The notes: a model not told the origin generated them from the letters alone. A stretch of 64,000 bases of DNA from an uncultured Acidobacteriota bacterium (GCA_963828465.1 CAWHEU010000020.1:128001-192000); one strand, 5' to 3'; numbered from the stretch's first letter, positions 31,066 through 41,119 are shown. Made by a program: numbers and translations.

Positions 31066-31937
31066 TGGGTGAGATCTTCAACACACTGATCAGAGGCCTC
31101 GGGTCGATCCTGGGCTTCTTCTACGACCTTCTCGATGGCGTGTTCGACGAGGGCGTGGCCCTGGGAGTGGCCATCATCCTGCTCACCATCGTGGTCAACA
31201 TCCTGGTGTTCCCCCTCACTCTGAAACAGACCCGGGCCACCCGGGCTTTTACCGCGATCCAGCCCGAGATCAAGCGGATTCAGAAGGAGTACAAGGACGA
31301 CCCGCAGGAGATGCAGAAGAAGCTGATGGAGCTGCAGAAGTCGGCCGGGGCCACTCCCGGCGGGTGTCTGCTCCCCCTCCTGGTTCAGATGCCGATCTGG
31401 TTCGCATTGTTCCGCCTTCTTCAGGCACCTGAGCAATACATCGCGCCGGAAAGCGCCCTGGGGCTGGCATTGGCCGACGATGTCCCCAAGACATTTCTCG
31501 GCATGGACCTCTTCACCAGCCCGTCCCAGGCGATGGCACTCGGGCTGAGCGCAGCCCTCCCCTATCTGATCATGATCGTGCTCATGGTGGCCACGCAATA
31601 CGTCCAGCAATGGCATGCCACCTATGGACAGGAACGCCCCGCTGGTCAGCCAGGGGCCGGCGCTCAGCAGGCGATCACCAAGATCATGCCGCTCTTCATC
31701 GGTTTCATCTCCTGGAACTTCCCTGCAGGCCTCATCATCTATTGGGCGACGGGCAACCTGTTCCGACTTGGCCAGCAGGCCCTTATCTTCAAGATGGATG
31801 GACGCCCGACGCCGGCGGCCACGACGACCGAGGAGCCCAAGAAGGAACCGAAGGCAATCCCGGCGTCCGAAGAGGCCGAGGCGAAGAAACCCCAACAGGG
31901 CGCCGCAGACAAGCGCCGACGGCGCAGGAGGAGGTGA
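31065..31937 (+). CDS. yidC: Membrane protein insertase YidC/Oxa1
   Basis: IQPEIKRIQ, GGCLLPLLVQMPIW, PAGLIIYW. Confidence 0.95.
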   Translation: MGEIFNTLIRGLGSILGFFYDLLDGVFDEGVALGVAIILLTIVVNILVFPLTLKQTRATRAFTAIQPEIKRIQKEYKDDPQEMQKKLMELQKSAGATPGGCLLPLLVQMPIWFALFRLLQAPEQYIAPESALGLALADDVPKTFLGMDLFTSPSQAMALGLSAALPYLIMIVLMVATQYVQQWHATYGQERPAGQPGAGAQQAITKIMPLFIGFISWNFPAGLIIYWATGNLFRLGQQALIFKMDGRPTPAATTTEEPKKEPKAIPASEEAEAKKPQQGAADKRRRRRRR

Positions 31938-31938
31938 C

Positions 31939-32814
31939 GTGAGTTACGTCGAGATCGAGGTCCGGGCCAGAACCGTCGACCTGGCAGTAGAGGCGGCGAT
32001 GCAGGAGCTCGGTGTAACCGACCGCGAACAGCTGGCGGTCGAAGTCATCCAGCAGCCGGAAAAGGGCTTCCTGGGCATTGGTGGTCAGGACGCGGTGGTC
32101 AGGGTCGTGCGCCGGAAGAGCCGGCGTCGTCGCAATGATCGTAAGCGGGAGAGCAGGGGTCAGGGTCAGGACCGTGGATCCAAGCAGCAAAAAGCACCGG
32201 CTTCGGCTAAGAATGGTGGCGGCAATCAACGGGTCCAACAATCGCAGAGCAAGGGTCGTCATATGAACCAACAGGGAGAGAAGCGAGAGCCCAAGATCGA
32301 CGATCGTCCCGATATCACGATCGAGGAGCAGGCCCGGATCGCAACCCAGTTTCTCGAGGGTTTGGTTGATGCATTTGGTCTGGAAGGGACCGTTACCACC
32401 AAGATCGAAGACGATATCATCGTCGCCGACGTCGACGGGGAGCAGACCGAGGCTCTGGTCGGGGTCCGGGGCTCGGTTCGATCGGCAATTCATGAGCTGA
32501 CCCGGACCGTCATGCAGCGGTACGGTCATGACACGGCCCGTCTTCGCCTCGATATCGCCGGATATGCCGAGAGACGGCGTCAGGCGCTGACTATCTACGC
32601 CGATCGGCTCATCGACCAACTCATGGTCGAAGGTGGCGAGGTCATGCTGGAACCGATGAGCCCGGCCGATCGAAAAGTGATCCACGACACCGCCGCCGCT
32701 CGAGAGGGCGTCAACTCCTACTCCGAAGGGGAATCGCCCCGTCGCTACGTGGTTCTCACCGCAACTGCCCCAGCTGCCGCCACTGCCGACACGCAGAGCG
32801 AGGAAGAGGAGTGA
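31939..32814 (+). CDS. jag: Jag/EloR RNA-binding protein
   Basis: KGFLGIG Jag-N, KH domain, R3H (RKVIHD, SYSEGE). Confidence 0.92.
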   Translation: MSYVEIEVRARTVDLAVEAAMQELGVTDREQLAVEVIQQPEKGFLGIGGQDAVVRVVRRKSRRRRNDRKRESRGQGQDRGSKQQKAPASAKNGGGNQRVQQSQSKGRHMNQQGEKREPKIDDRPDITIEEQARIATQFLEGLVDAFGLEGTVTTKIEDDIIVADVDGEQTEALVGVRGSVRSAIHELTRTVMQRYGHDTARLRLDIAGYAERRRQALTIYADRLIDQLMVEGGEVMLEPMSPADRKVIHDTAAAREGVNSYSEGESPRRYVVLTATAPAAATADTQSEEEE

Positions 32815-32877
32815 GTAATGGGTGGTGAGTGGTGAGTATTCAGAACCCACCACCCAAAACTCGCCACCCATAACTAC
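32813..32877. repeat. Inverted heptamer-repeat element
   Basis: gagtaat gggtggt gagtggt gagtatt / accaccc aaaactc gccaccc ataacta. Confidence 0.75.
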
Positions 32878-32899
32878 CCCCGCCCCCGGGCGGGGTAAC

Positions 32900-33514
32900 T
32901 TGTTTCACGTGGAACCTTCCCACCTTCTTTGGGCTCGGTGCAGCGAGTGGGCCGGTCGTGAGCTATCCCCGACCCGTGTCTCCACTCTCGAACGGTATCG
33001 GGACTGGCTGCTCACCGAAGCGGTGGAAGCCGGTGGTATCGGCCCCAACGAGGCAGTTCGGGTCGACAACCGGCATATCGGTGACTCATTGCTTTTTGCC
33101 GGGGGATTTCGAGACACGCCGGATCTCGTTCTCGACGTTGGCTCCGGGGTTGGTCTACCCGGGATTCCGCTCAGCGTCGTGATGCCCGATACCCGTTTTG
33201 TACTTCTCGATCGATCGGGCCGGCGGGTCGATCTGATGAGACGGGTGACCCGCATGCTGGAACTGCCCAATGTCGAGGTGGTACATGGAGATATCTCGGA
33301 CTGGGATACACCGGTCGATGGGATTGTCTCCCGGGCCAGTCTCTCCCCGGATCATGCGTTGGTGACTTTCACACGTCTTCTGCAGCCGGGGGGCAGGGCC
33401 GTGGTGGGAGGTTCGTGGGCGGCGCCACCGGTGGTGGTGGGCTTCGACCTGCTCGAGGTTCCGGGCACGGTCCTTGACCAAACTGTTTGGCTTCTTATCA
33501 TGCGTCCTCAGTGA
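32900..33514 (+). CDS. rsmG: 16S rRNA m7G527 methyltransferase (start uncertain)
   Basis: RHIGDSL, LDVGSGVGLPGIPL, VSRA. Confidence 0.9.
   Translation: MFHVEPSHLLWARCSEWAGRELSPTRVSTLERYRDWLLTEAVEAGGIGPNEAVRVDNRHIGDSLLFAGGFRDTPDLVLDVGSGVGLPGIPLSVVMPDTRFVLLDRSGRRVDLMRRVTRMLELPNVEVVHGDISDWDTPVDGIVSRASLSPDHALVTFTRLLQPGGRAVVGGSWAAPPVVVGFDLLEVPGTVLDQTVWLLIMRPQ
32901..32916. promoter_or_regulatory. parS: parS site
   Basis: TGTTTCACGTGGAACC versus consensus TGTTNCACGTGAAACA. Confidence 0.85.
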
Positions 33515-34293
33515 GCGAGAAGCGCCCTCTGGTTGTCGCGTTGGCCAATCAAAAAGGTGGCGTGGGCAAATCGACCACCGCCATCAATCTGGCCGCGGCG
33601 TTGGCCTTTCAGGGTCAGCGTACACTTCTCATCGATCTCGACCCGCAGGGCAATGCCACTAGTGGTCTCGGGGTGGATCGCTCAGCAATCAGCACCTCGA
33701 TATATGAAGTCCTGCTCAAGGAGGCCGAGACGGATGATGCGATAGAGCCCACGTCGGTGCGGGATTTGTTCGTCATCCCGGCCACGATCGACCTGGCCGG
33801 CGCCGAGATCGAGCTCGTCTCCCTGCTTTCACGTGAAACACGTCTGCGGACCGCCATTGCCGATCTCGATCAGGGCTTCGAGGCGATACTGATCGATTGT
33901 CCTCCCTCTCTGGGTCTGCTCACCGTCAACGCCTTCACTGCTGCCGATGAGGTGTTGATCCCGATCCAGTGTGAGTACTACGCCCTGGAAGGTCTCACTC
34001 AGTTGTTGCGCAATGTCCAATTGGTGACGGCAAATCTCAATAAGGACTTGAAGGTTGGCGGTGTGGTGCTCACCATGTACGACGGTCGAACCAAGCTGTC
34101 CAAGGATGTGGCCGAGCAGGTCCGTGAGCATTTTGCCGAGACCGCCTATCGCACGGTGATTCCGCGCTCGGTGCGTCTCTCCGAGGCTCCTTCCTACGGG
34201 GAACCGATCGAGGCGTTCGATCCGATGAGCCGGGGAGCCATTGCTTATCGACAACTGGGACGGGAGTTCATCGAACGCCACGGGCTGAACTAG
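33511..34293 (+). CDS. parA: Chromosome partitioning ATPase
   Basis: NQKGGVGKST, DLDPQGN, DCPPSLG, QCEYYALEG. Confidence 0.97.
   Translation: MSEKRPLVVALANQKGGVGKSTTAINLAAALAFQGQRTLLIDLDPQGNATSGLGVDRSAISTSIYEVLLKEAETDDAIEPTSVRDLFVIPATIDLAGAEIELVSLLSRETRLRTAIADLDQGFEAILIDCPPSLGLLTVNAFTAADEVLIPIQCEYYALEGLTQLLRNVQLVTANLNKDLKVGGVVLTMYDGRTKLSKDVAEQVREHFAETAYRTVIPRSVRLSEAPSYGEPIEAFDPMSRGAIAYRQLGREFIERHGLN
33825..33840. promoter_or_regulatory. parS: parS site inside parA
   Basis: GCTTTCACGTGAAACA. Confidence 0.8.
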
Positions 34294-34299
34294 GAGGAT

Positions 34300-35157
34300 G
34301 TGATGACGGGTCGACGTACGGGCTTGGGCCGGGGTCTGGAGTCATTGATCCCCATCGATCCGGCCCCAGTCGAATCAGGGGGCTTCCGACAGATCCCGGT
34401 CGATCAGATCAAGGTCAACCCGGACCAGCCCCGCTCGCGATTCGACGACGAGTCGCTCGAGGAGATGGCCGACTCGATGAAGGAGGTGGGCATCCTCCAG
34501 CCAATCGTGGTGACCGCAGCGGACGAGGGCTATGTCTTGATCGCCGGGGAACGACGCTGGCGGGCAGCGAAGCGAGCCGGGTTGGGTGTCATACCGGCGG
34601 TGATTCGTGAGGCCACCGGTCAGCCGACGCTGGTCGAGGCTTTGATCGAGAACGTGCAGCGCCAGGATCTCACCCCACTCGAGGAGGCTCACGCCTACCA
34701 ACAGCTTCTGGAAAATTATGGAATGACCCAGGAGCAGGTGGCAGGGCGCGTCGGCAAGTCGAGGCCCACGATCGCGAACACCTTGCGTCTCCTTCAGTTG
34801 CCGATAGAGGTCCAGGAGATGGTCGATGCCGGCGAGCTCTCGGCCGGGCACGCCCGCGCTCTGGTCGGAATGGAGGACGCCGCCTACGCCACACACCTCG
34901 CGGGCCGAGCGGTCGACGAGGGGTGGAGCGTTCGGCAGATGGAGGACGCAGTCAGGATGAGAAAGGGGGAGCGGCGCAACAGCCCGACCGGTGTTCGTCA
35001 GCTCCGGCCTGTAGAGATCATCGAGCTCGAGAAGCGGCTCACCGACCACCTCGGCACACCGGTGAAGATCAGCTACCGGAACGAGAAGGGCAAGATGGAG
35101 ATCAGGTTCGGCTCATTGGGAGAGCTCGAGCGCCTCTATCGAATGTTCAACGGCTAG
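34300..35157 (+). CDS. parB: Chromosome partitioning protein
   Basis: GLGRGL, QPR, AGERRWRAA, ENVQRQDL, HTH. Confidence 0.97.
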   Translation: MMTGRRTGLGRGLESLIPIDPAPVESGGFRQIPVDQIKVNPDQPRSRFDDESLEEMADSMKEVGILQPIVVTAADEGYVLIAGERRWRAAKRAGLGVIPAVIREATGQPTLVEALIENVQRQDLTPLEEAHAYQQLLENYGMTQEQVAGRVGKSRPTIANTLRLLQLPIEVQEMVDAGELSAGHARALVGMEDAAYATHLAGRAVDEGWSVRQMEDAVRMRKGERRNSPTGVRQLRPVEIIELEKRLTDHLGTPVKISYRNEKGKMEIRFGSLGELERLYRMFNG

Positions 35158-36127
35158 TTGCAAATTCGCCTGCGGCGTTGGCGAAGAACTGGGTCAGACC
35201 GTCAACCACGGAGTACCCGACCTCCTCGTCGAGTTTGCCACGGGAAACAACCACGGCGGGCGCCCGTGTCTCCTTGAGGAGAGCGCCGGCCCGCCCCTCG
35301 ACCTTGCCGCCAAGCGCCGAGGCCAGGGACCGGGCGAGCAATTCACCCGCCTCGGACCGGCTGTGCTCCGAGGCAAAGTAAAAGACAGCGTCATCCCCAT
35401 CGGGGCTCAGCTGGAAGGCAACGATGAGATCGGCGCCGAGGATGTTGGCCCGATGGGCCCTCAGCCGCTCCGGGACCGATCCGTCCTGTGACCTCGACAT
35501 CACCGGGAGCCCGCCCAACTCTTGCAGCCCAAGTGCGGCGGCCGACGCCGCCTCCCACGTGACAGACGCCTCGTGAGTGTCCCGACAACCTGCGTCGAGG
35601 TAGACCCTGGCCCCGGCGACGGTGGGTGGGAGGCGACGGAGCCATTCCCGTTCACGCACCGATTGCCGACCCTCTTTCATCTCGCCGCGGGTCACCAGAT
35701 GGATCTCGGTGACCACCTCCGGTCCTGCCTTTCCATCTTCTGCCAGGTTGCGGTTGTGCTGGAATTCGATGATGGCCTCTTCGGTCTTGGGTCCGAAGAT
35801 CCCGTCGACCTTGCCCACGTCGAAGCCGAGCGAGCTGAGACGGGACTGGATCTCTGAGACGTCCTCCCCTCGCATCATCGGCCGGCGGAGGAAGAGCATC
35901 CGGTCACCGAGGCGGTACCCGGCCTCATAGAGCGAGCGCCAGGTGTCGGGGCCGACGATGCCGTCGACGTCGAGTCCCCTGGCCTTCTGGAATTCCTGGA
36001 CCGACGCCTTTGTGCCTTCGCCGAAGGTCGACGCGGGATCTGACTCGGTGGGGTAGCCCAGGGCATCAAGACGCTCCTGGATGTCCCGCACCGCTGCTCC
36101 CTCGTCACCGACGCGATAGAGACGCAT
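35147..36127 (-). CDS. cwlM: CwlM-like protein: two peptidoglycan-binding domains plus degenerate amidase_3 domain
   Basis: DGIVGPDTW and DGIFGPKT PG-binding repeats; LLKETRAPAV amidase-like end; position between trxA and parB. Confidence 0.78.
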   Translation of the reverse strand: MRLYRVGDEGAAVRDIQERLDALGYPTESDPASTFGEGTKASVQEFQKARGLDVDGIVGPDTWRSLYEAGYRLGDRMLFLRRPMMRGEDVSEIQSRLSSLGFDVGKVDGIFGPKTEEAIIEFQHNRNLAEDGKAGPEVVTEIHLVTRGEMKEGRQSVREREWLRRLPPTVAGARVYLDAGCRDTHEASVTWEAASAAALGLQELGGLPVMSRSQDGSVPERLRAHRANILGADLIVAFQLSPDGDDAVFYFASEHSRSEAGELLARSLASALGGKVEGRAGALLKETRAPAVVVSRGKLDEEVGYSVVDGLTQFFANAAGEFATSR

Positions 36128-36129
36128 GT

Positions 36130-36180
36130 GGGTTACAGGTTATAGGTCATAGGTTTTAGGCACCTACGACCTACAACGCT
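36130..36180. repeat. Heptamer-repeat element
   Basis: gggttac aggttat aggtcat aggtttt / cacctac gacctac. Confidence 0.7.
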
Positions 36181-36181
36181 T

Positions 36182-36502
36182 CTACAAGAACTCAGCGAGC
36201 TCTTGCAAGAGGCGGTGCTTTGGTGCTGCGCCGACGATTCTCTTCTTCTCGACACCATCCTGGAAGAGGATCAAGGTCGGGATGCTCATCACGTCGTGTT
36301 GTGCCGCCGGCATCGGGTTGTGGTCGACATTCAGTTTTCCGATCGTGAGGCCGGCGTGCTCGTCGGCGATTTCCTCGAGCACCGGGGCGATCACCCGGCA
36401 CGGACCGCACCATTCAGCCCAGAAATCGACGAGGATCGGCGTGTCGGCGCTTATGGCGTCGTTGAAGGTGCCGTCGTTGAGAGTGACGATGTTCTCGGCC
36501 AT
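36182..36502 (-). CDS. trxA: Thioredoxin
   Basis: DFWAEWCGPC, SIPTL. Confidence 0.96.
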   Translation of the reverse strand: MAENIVTLNDGTFNDAISADTPILVDFWAEWCGPCRVIAPVLEEIADEHAGLTIGKLNVDHNPMPAAQHDVMSIPTLILFQDGVEKKRIVGAAPKHRLLQELAEFL

Positions 36503-36533
36503 TGGTTGGGTCTCTCCTTGAGGTGTCAGAGTC

Positions 36534-37460
36534 TCATTCCAGGCCGGCCAACCACCGCTCTGCGTCGATGGCCGCCATGCACCCGGTCCCTGCCGCAGTG
36601 ACCGCCTGGCGATAGGTGTGATCGGCGACGTCACCGGCGGCGAACACTCCGTTCACATCCGTGCGGGTGCTGCCGTCGGGCGACGTCACTATGTATCCAT
36701 TCTCGTCCAGAACGAGTCCTTCGGCGAACAAATCGGTGTTGGGCTTGTGCCCGATGGCCACGAACACGCCATTGGCCGCCATCTCCTGCGTCTTGCCGGT
36801 GATGGTGTCTTCGAGGGTCACCTTCTCGACGGTGGTGCTCCCGTGGATCTCGGTCAGCACGGTGTTCCACAGCACCACGATCTTCTCGTGGTCCAGCACG
36901 CGCTGCGCCATGATCTTCGAAGCCCGGAACTCGTCACGGCGATGGACGATCGTGACCTTCGAGGCGAACTTGGTCAAGAACAGGGCTTCCTCCATGGCGG
37001 TGTCACCTCCGCCGACCACGACCAGCTCCTGGTCCCTGAAGAAGAACCCGTCACAGGTGGCACAGGCCGACACCCCACGCCCGGTCAATTCCTCTTCACC
37101 GGGGATCCCCAGCCACTTCGCGGTGGCGCCGGTGGCGACGATGACGGCATCCGCCGTGTAGTCATCCCCACCGACCTCGACCTGGAGTGGCCGGGAATCG
37201 AAGTCAACGCTGGTCACATCGACCTGCTGCATGCGAGCCCCGAAACGCTCGGCCTGCTTGCGGAACTGGTCCATCAGTTCCGGGCCGAGGATGCCGTCAG
37301 GAAAACCCGGATAGTTCTCGACATCGGTCGTGATCATCAGTTGGCCTCCTGCAGCCACCCCCTCGAAAACGAGCGGGTCGAGGTCGGCGCGGGCGGCATA
37401 GAGGGCGGCGGTCAGTCCCGCCGGCCCGGAGCCGATGATGATCAACTTCTCGTGACTCAT
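36534..37460 (-). CDS. trxB: Thioredoxin-disulfide reductase
   Basis: [25 protein letters not shown]. Confidence 0.97.
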   Translation of the reverse strand: MSHEKLIIIGSGPAGLTAALYAARADLDPLVFEGVAAGGQLMITTDVENYPGFPDGILGPELMDQFRKQAERFGARMQQVDVTSVDFDSRPLQVEVGGDDYTADAVIVATGATAKWLGIPGEEELTGRGVSACATCDGFFFRDQELVVVGGGDTAMEEALFLTKFASKVTIVHRRDEFRASKIMAQRVLDHEKIVVLWNTVLTEIHGSTTVEKVTLEDTITGKTQEMAANGVFVAIGHKPNTDLFAEGLVLDENGYIVTSPDGSTRTDVNGVFAAGDVADHTYRQAVTAAGTGCMAAIDAERWLAGLE

Positions 37461-37467
37461 CTCTGTA

Positions 37468-37740
37468 TCAGGTCCTCTTCAACCACAGATAGGTGCCTGC
37501 TCCGACGAATACGAGACCAAAGACAGCAAAGGCCCCGGCCGTCGTCAACGGGATCTCGAGGGCCCCGAATATCGCCAGAAACAGGAACAACAATGCTGAC
37601 AACCCGAGGCTGGCCGCCAGGATTCCCAGCCCGGTGACACGGATCCCCTTGGCCACACGGTCGACTGTCAGCGAACGGATCTTGATAGTGATCTGCTCGA
37701 GGATCTCGGCGAACCTGGCGGCTAATTCTTCCACTGGCAC
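37468..37740 (-). CDS. Hypothetical two-TM membrane protein
   Basis: 90 aa, two hydrophobic helices, fills the gap in the operon. Confidence 0.65.
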   Translation of the reverse strand: MPVEELAARFAEILEQITIKIRSLTVDRVAKGIRVTGLGILAASLGLSALLFLFLAIFGALEIPLTTAGAFAVFGLVFVGAGTYLWLKRT

Positions 37741-37770
37741 CGAGATTAGTTACCCCGTCGTCCGTGTCGG

Positions 37771-38517
37771 CTATCCGACGTAGACGATCTCACATTGGGG
37801 GAGCACGACGAAGGTGACGATCGGCTCCGCGTCTGGATCCTCCGGCATGACCAGCAGATAGACCTGATCGAGATCGATCTCGTCTACCACCATGTGCTCA
37901 TCGAGGGCCACTCGAGCAAGGCATGCTTCGACGTCGCGATCGGTGCCCTGGGTGACAGCCCGGTCGGCTTGATTGGCACGAGCTTCTTCTGCGAGCTCGG
38001 CGAAGGGAAGCGCGAGACTTTCCTCACCACCGGACGCGGCGACCGTCGTTTCTGTCGCGGCAGCGGTGGTTGTCGCCATCTCGGGTGCCGACTCACCGTC
38101 ATCGCTTCCCTGAGCGACGAACGGGGCCTCTTCGGTGGGCGCATCGAGCGCTTCGGCGACGGTTGTTGCGCCAGATTCGGCACTGTCGTTCAGTGCGCCA
38201 TTGTTGAGAACGCTGACCAGTCCAACGGTGATGAACAGCCCGGCGGCTACGTAGGCGAGGCGCTGCCACCACGGTGTGGCCGGGCTCTTCCCGGGCTGAT
38301 TGCGCAACTCGGTCCACAGATCGCGATGGAGAGCTGCCTTCTCCAGATCGGTCATCTCCGCAGCGGGAGTGGCAGCCAGCCATCCGATCACCTCGGTCTG
38401 GGTGCGGTACTCCTCACGACACTCCGGGCAGGACTCGACGAGGGCGCGCGCCTCGGCCTCATCGCTCAGAGAGCCATCAGCGAGGGCGGCGATCAGATCG
38501 AGGGGATGGTCATGCAT
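37771..38517 (-). CDS. Putative anti-sigma factor (RsmA-like)
   Basis: H...ALADGSL...CPEC ZAS-like N-terminus, TM helix; follows the ECF sigma gene. Confidence 0.75.
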   Translation of the reverse strand: MHDHPLDLIAALADGSLSDEAEARALVESCPECREEYRTQTEVIGWLAATPAAEMTDLEKAALHRDLWTELRNQPGKSPATPWWQRLAYVAAGLFITVGLVSVLNNGALNDSAESGATTVAEALDAPTEEAPFVAQGSDDGESAPEMATTTAAATETTVAASGGEESLALPFAELAEEARANQADRAVTQGTDRDVEACLARVALDEHMVVDEIDLDQVYLLVMPEDPDAEPIVTFVVLPQCEIVYVG

Positions 38518-38535
38518 TCGAATCTTTGGACGGTC

Positions 38536-39084
38536 TCATTGGTCGTTTTGGTTCCCCAGCTGCTTGGCGAGGAGACGGCGGCCGCGAAAGACACGGGACT
38601 TCACGGTCCCGATTGGAATTCCGAGGATCTCCGCGGCATCGGGGAGCGATAGTCCCTCGAGGTCGGAGAGAATCACGGCATTGCGGAAGTCGGCGGGCAG
38701 TTCGGCGAGGGCGGCCTCGATCTCGGGTCGCAAGGCGGCGGATTCGATCGCCTCCTCTGCTGAAGGGTCCGAAGGGTCGACATGTTCGGGGAGGCTCTCG
38801 GAGGGCCTTCGCTGGGCGCGCCGGAGTTGGTCGTAACAGGTGTTCACCGCGATCCGGTAGATCCAGGTCCCAACCGCCGACCGGCCCTGGAACTGGCCCG
38901 CCTTGCGAAACACAGTGAGGAATGTTTCCTGGGTCGCATCGAGGGCTTTCTCACGGTCTCCCAGGATGCGGAGGCACACCGAGAACACCCGGTCCTCGTG
39001 ATTTCGCATCACTGCGTCGAATGCATCCCGGTCTCCGGAGACGACCCGAGTCAGCAGCTCGGCTTCGTTGCCGGGGACCGTCAC
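38536..39084 (-). CDS. sigM: ECF sigma factor (SigM-like)
   Basis: DATQETF, TWIYRIAVN, GTVKSRVFRGR; synteny with trxB-trxA. Confidence 0.85.
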   Translation of the reverse strand: MTVPGNEAELLTRVVSGDRDAFDAVMRNHEDRVFSVCLRILGDREKALDATQETFLTVFRKAGQFQGRSAVGTWIYRIAVNTCYDQLRRAQRRPSESLPEHVDPSDPSAEEAIESAALRPEIEAALAELPADFRNAVILSDLEGLSLPDAAEILGIPIGTVKSRVFRGRRLLAKQLGNQNDQ

Positions 39085-40373
39085 GGGGTGAATCGTACTT
39101 CTCCAAGCTCCCCGTAATAGGTTCCGTCCGGCTGCTCGGGGAAGTCGGTCATCCACAGCAACCAGTGCCCTCCCTCACGTCTCGGGAGGGAAAAGAGGGT
39201 GGTGCTCGACTCCGCAGTAGCGGTCAGGGCGCGTTCCCATCCATCGATCCCATCGGGTGGGTCCTGAGCCCAGTAGATGCTGAACTCGGTGCCGTTGGTG
39301 AGTCCCACCAGTTGCACGGCCGATGGCGCGCCACTCACCTGAAAGCGGAGCCCGACGCCGGGCTTCACCAGCGAGACGGGGTCCTGATATCGCTCCGACC
39401 TCCAGATCGTCGATGCACTGCCGTCGAGGACATCGCCGAGTGCCTCGTCGTTCTCGCTGCCTTCCCCGAAGGGATCGAAGGATCCGAAGTCGACCACGCG
39501 CACCGGACCCGGTGCCACGGTCGTTCCGGTGCCCGCGGTTGTCGTGGTCGCCGGGTTGGCGCCCACGGTGGTCGTGGGGGAAATGGGGATGATCTGGCCT
39601 CCACCGATGAAGAGCCGCCCCAACGCCACCAGACCCACGGCCAGGATCACGAGCCCGACGGCGACGTAGAGAAGGCGCCGCGACGTTGACAGCGGCTCCG
39701 GTTGAGCTGGTCGGAGGGTCGGGGAGGCGAGGAGGGCCTTCTCCAACTCGGCGGCATCGAGGTTGCCCGACTGAGCGGAACGCAGCACCCGGTCAACGGC
39801 CCTCGGGACCCCATCGATGCTCTCAGAGGGGGGCGGGCCGCCGGGCGCCGACCCGGTGAGGGCCGTTTCGAGAGCGGCAGCCAGTGCCCGGACATCGCCG
39901 TCCTGATCGGTGCGTGTCTCCCGACCGAACGCTCCGAGTTTCGCTGGATGGGCAACCGACCACGAGATAGCGGAGAGATCGACCTGCCCGTGCACCGCGC
40001 CTGACTCATGCAGCGCGGCGAGAGCACCTGCCAGACCTGACGCGTTGGGCAGGAACTCCTCCAGACCGACGGTCTGATCCGCCTCCAGCCGATCGGCGGC
40101 GGATGCCCCACCTGTCCACTCACAGACGGCGTAGGCGCCGCCAGTGGCATCCTCGACCGCGAAAACCCGGGAAAGATGGGGATGCCCGGTCTTGGCGGCT
40201 CCGCTCACGCTCGCGATGAATCGTTCCCTTCGCTCCGGGCTCGACTCCGGCCCGAGGGACCGGATGAGGACTGGGCGCTCGAGGGACGTATCAGTCGCCA
40301 GCCACTCCTCGATGTCGTTGTCGCGCCCGAGCCGCATCTCGAGGCGGTAACGGTCGGAGACCGGGGGTGGCAT
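39081..40373 (-). CDS. Membrane pseudokinase (MviN kinase-homology-like) with extracellular domain
   Basis: RYRLEMRLG kinase start; VLIR, VHGQ and AFG replace VAIK, HRD and DFG; TM helix; DPFG..ENDE..DG..T.W.SERY C-domain. Confidence 0.78.
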   Translation of the reverse strand: MPPPVSDRYRLEMRLGRDNDIEEWLATDTSLERPVLIRSLGPESSPERRERFIASVSGAAKTGHPHLSRVFAVEDATGGAYAVCEWTGGASAADRLEADQTVGLEEFLPNASGLAGALAALHESGAVHGQVDLSAISWSVAHPAKLGAFGRETRTDQDGDVRALAAALETALTGSAPGGPPPSESIDGVPRAVDRVLRSAQSGNLDAAELEKALLASPTLRPAQPEPLSTSRRLLYVAVGLVILAVGLVALGRLFIGGGQIIPISPTTTVGANPATTTTAGTGTTVAPGPVRVVDFGSFDPFGEGSENDEALGDVLDGSASTIWRSERYQDPVSLVKPGVGLRFQVSGAPSAVQLVGLTNGTEFSIYWAQDPPDGIDGWERALTATAESSTTLFSLPRREGGHWLLWMTDFPEQPDGTYYGELGEVRFTP

Positions 40374-40399
40374 AGCCCTAGTTCAGCACCGAGCAGCCC

Positions 40400-41119
40400 T
40401 CAAGCCCCATATCTCAACAGGTGGAGCGGTGTCTCTCGGGCTTGAAACCCTTCCCGCTCGTAGAGACGGCGAGCCCGGTCGTTCTCGGGCCTGAGATTGA
40501 GAACGAGCGCACGCGACCCGCGTTTGGAGGCCCAGAGAGCGGAGGCCCGCACCAACGACCCGCCTATGCCCCGGCTGGAAAATGATGGGTCGACAGCCAC
40601 ACGCTGCAGGTAGGACACTGTCATTTGGGAGCCGACCAGGGCATAACCGGCGAGTTCGTTCTCGACTCGGGCGGTGAGGACGGTGGCGCGCGGCGTTGCC
40701 CTCATCGCCTCGACCAACCCCGACTCGCTCATCGTCCAGAACCCGTCGAAGGCGAGGTGATCTAATGCCACCAAGGGGTCCCAGGCGGGGACATTGGTCG
40801 CCTCGACCTCATGCTCCGGTGCGCCGATCCCGGCTCCCAATGCCATCTCCATCACATCGAGCAGTCGGAACGGCGTGAATCCGGCCGAAATCCAGACCTT
40901 CGTAGCCGACGGGTAGAGAGCGGGGGAGTAGACGATGCCCGACCCCATCGACCCGAGAAGCTCTGCGACGGACCTGAGGAACTCATGGGTGCCCCGCTCG
41001 AGACGCACCGCGGGGTCGGGGAAGTCATCGTTCCATGGCCGTGCCAGTGCTTTGGCCCAACCCCTGCGCACGGTCACCGAGCCGGGCCAGACCCCATCGA
41101 GATGCAGGCGATCGGGCAC
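40400..41119 (-). CDS. GNAT family N-acetyltransferase (start uncertain)
   Basis: LQRVAVDPSFSSRGIG, ENDRARRLYEREGF. Confidence 0.85.
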   Translation of the reverse strand: MPDRLHLDGVWPGSVTVRRGWAKALARPWNDDFPDPAVRLERGTHEFLRSVAELLGSMGSGIVYSPALYPSATKVWISAGFTPFRLLDVMEMALGAGIGAPEHEVEATNVPAWDPLVALDHLAFDGFWTMSESGLVEAMRATPRATVLTARVENELAGYALVGSQMTVSYLQRVAVDPSFSSRGIGGSLVRASALWASKRGSRALVLNLRPENDRARRLYEREGFQARETPLHLLRYGA

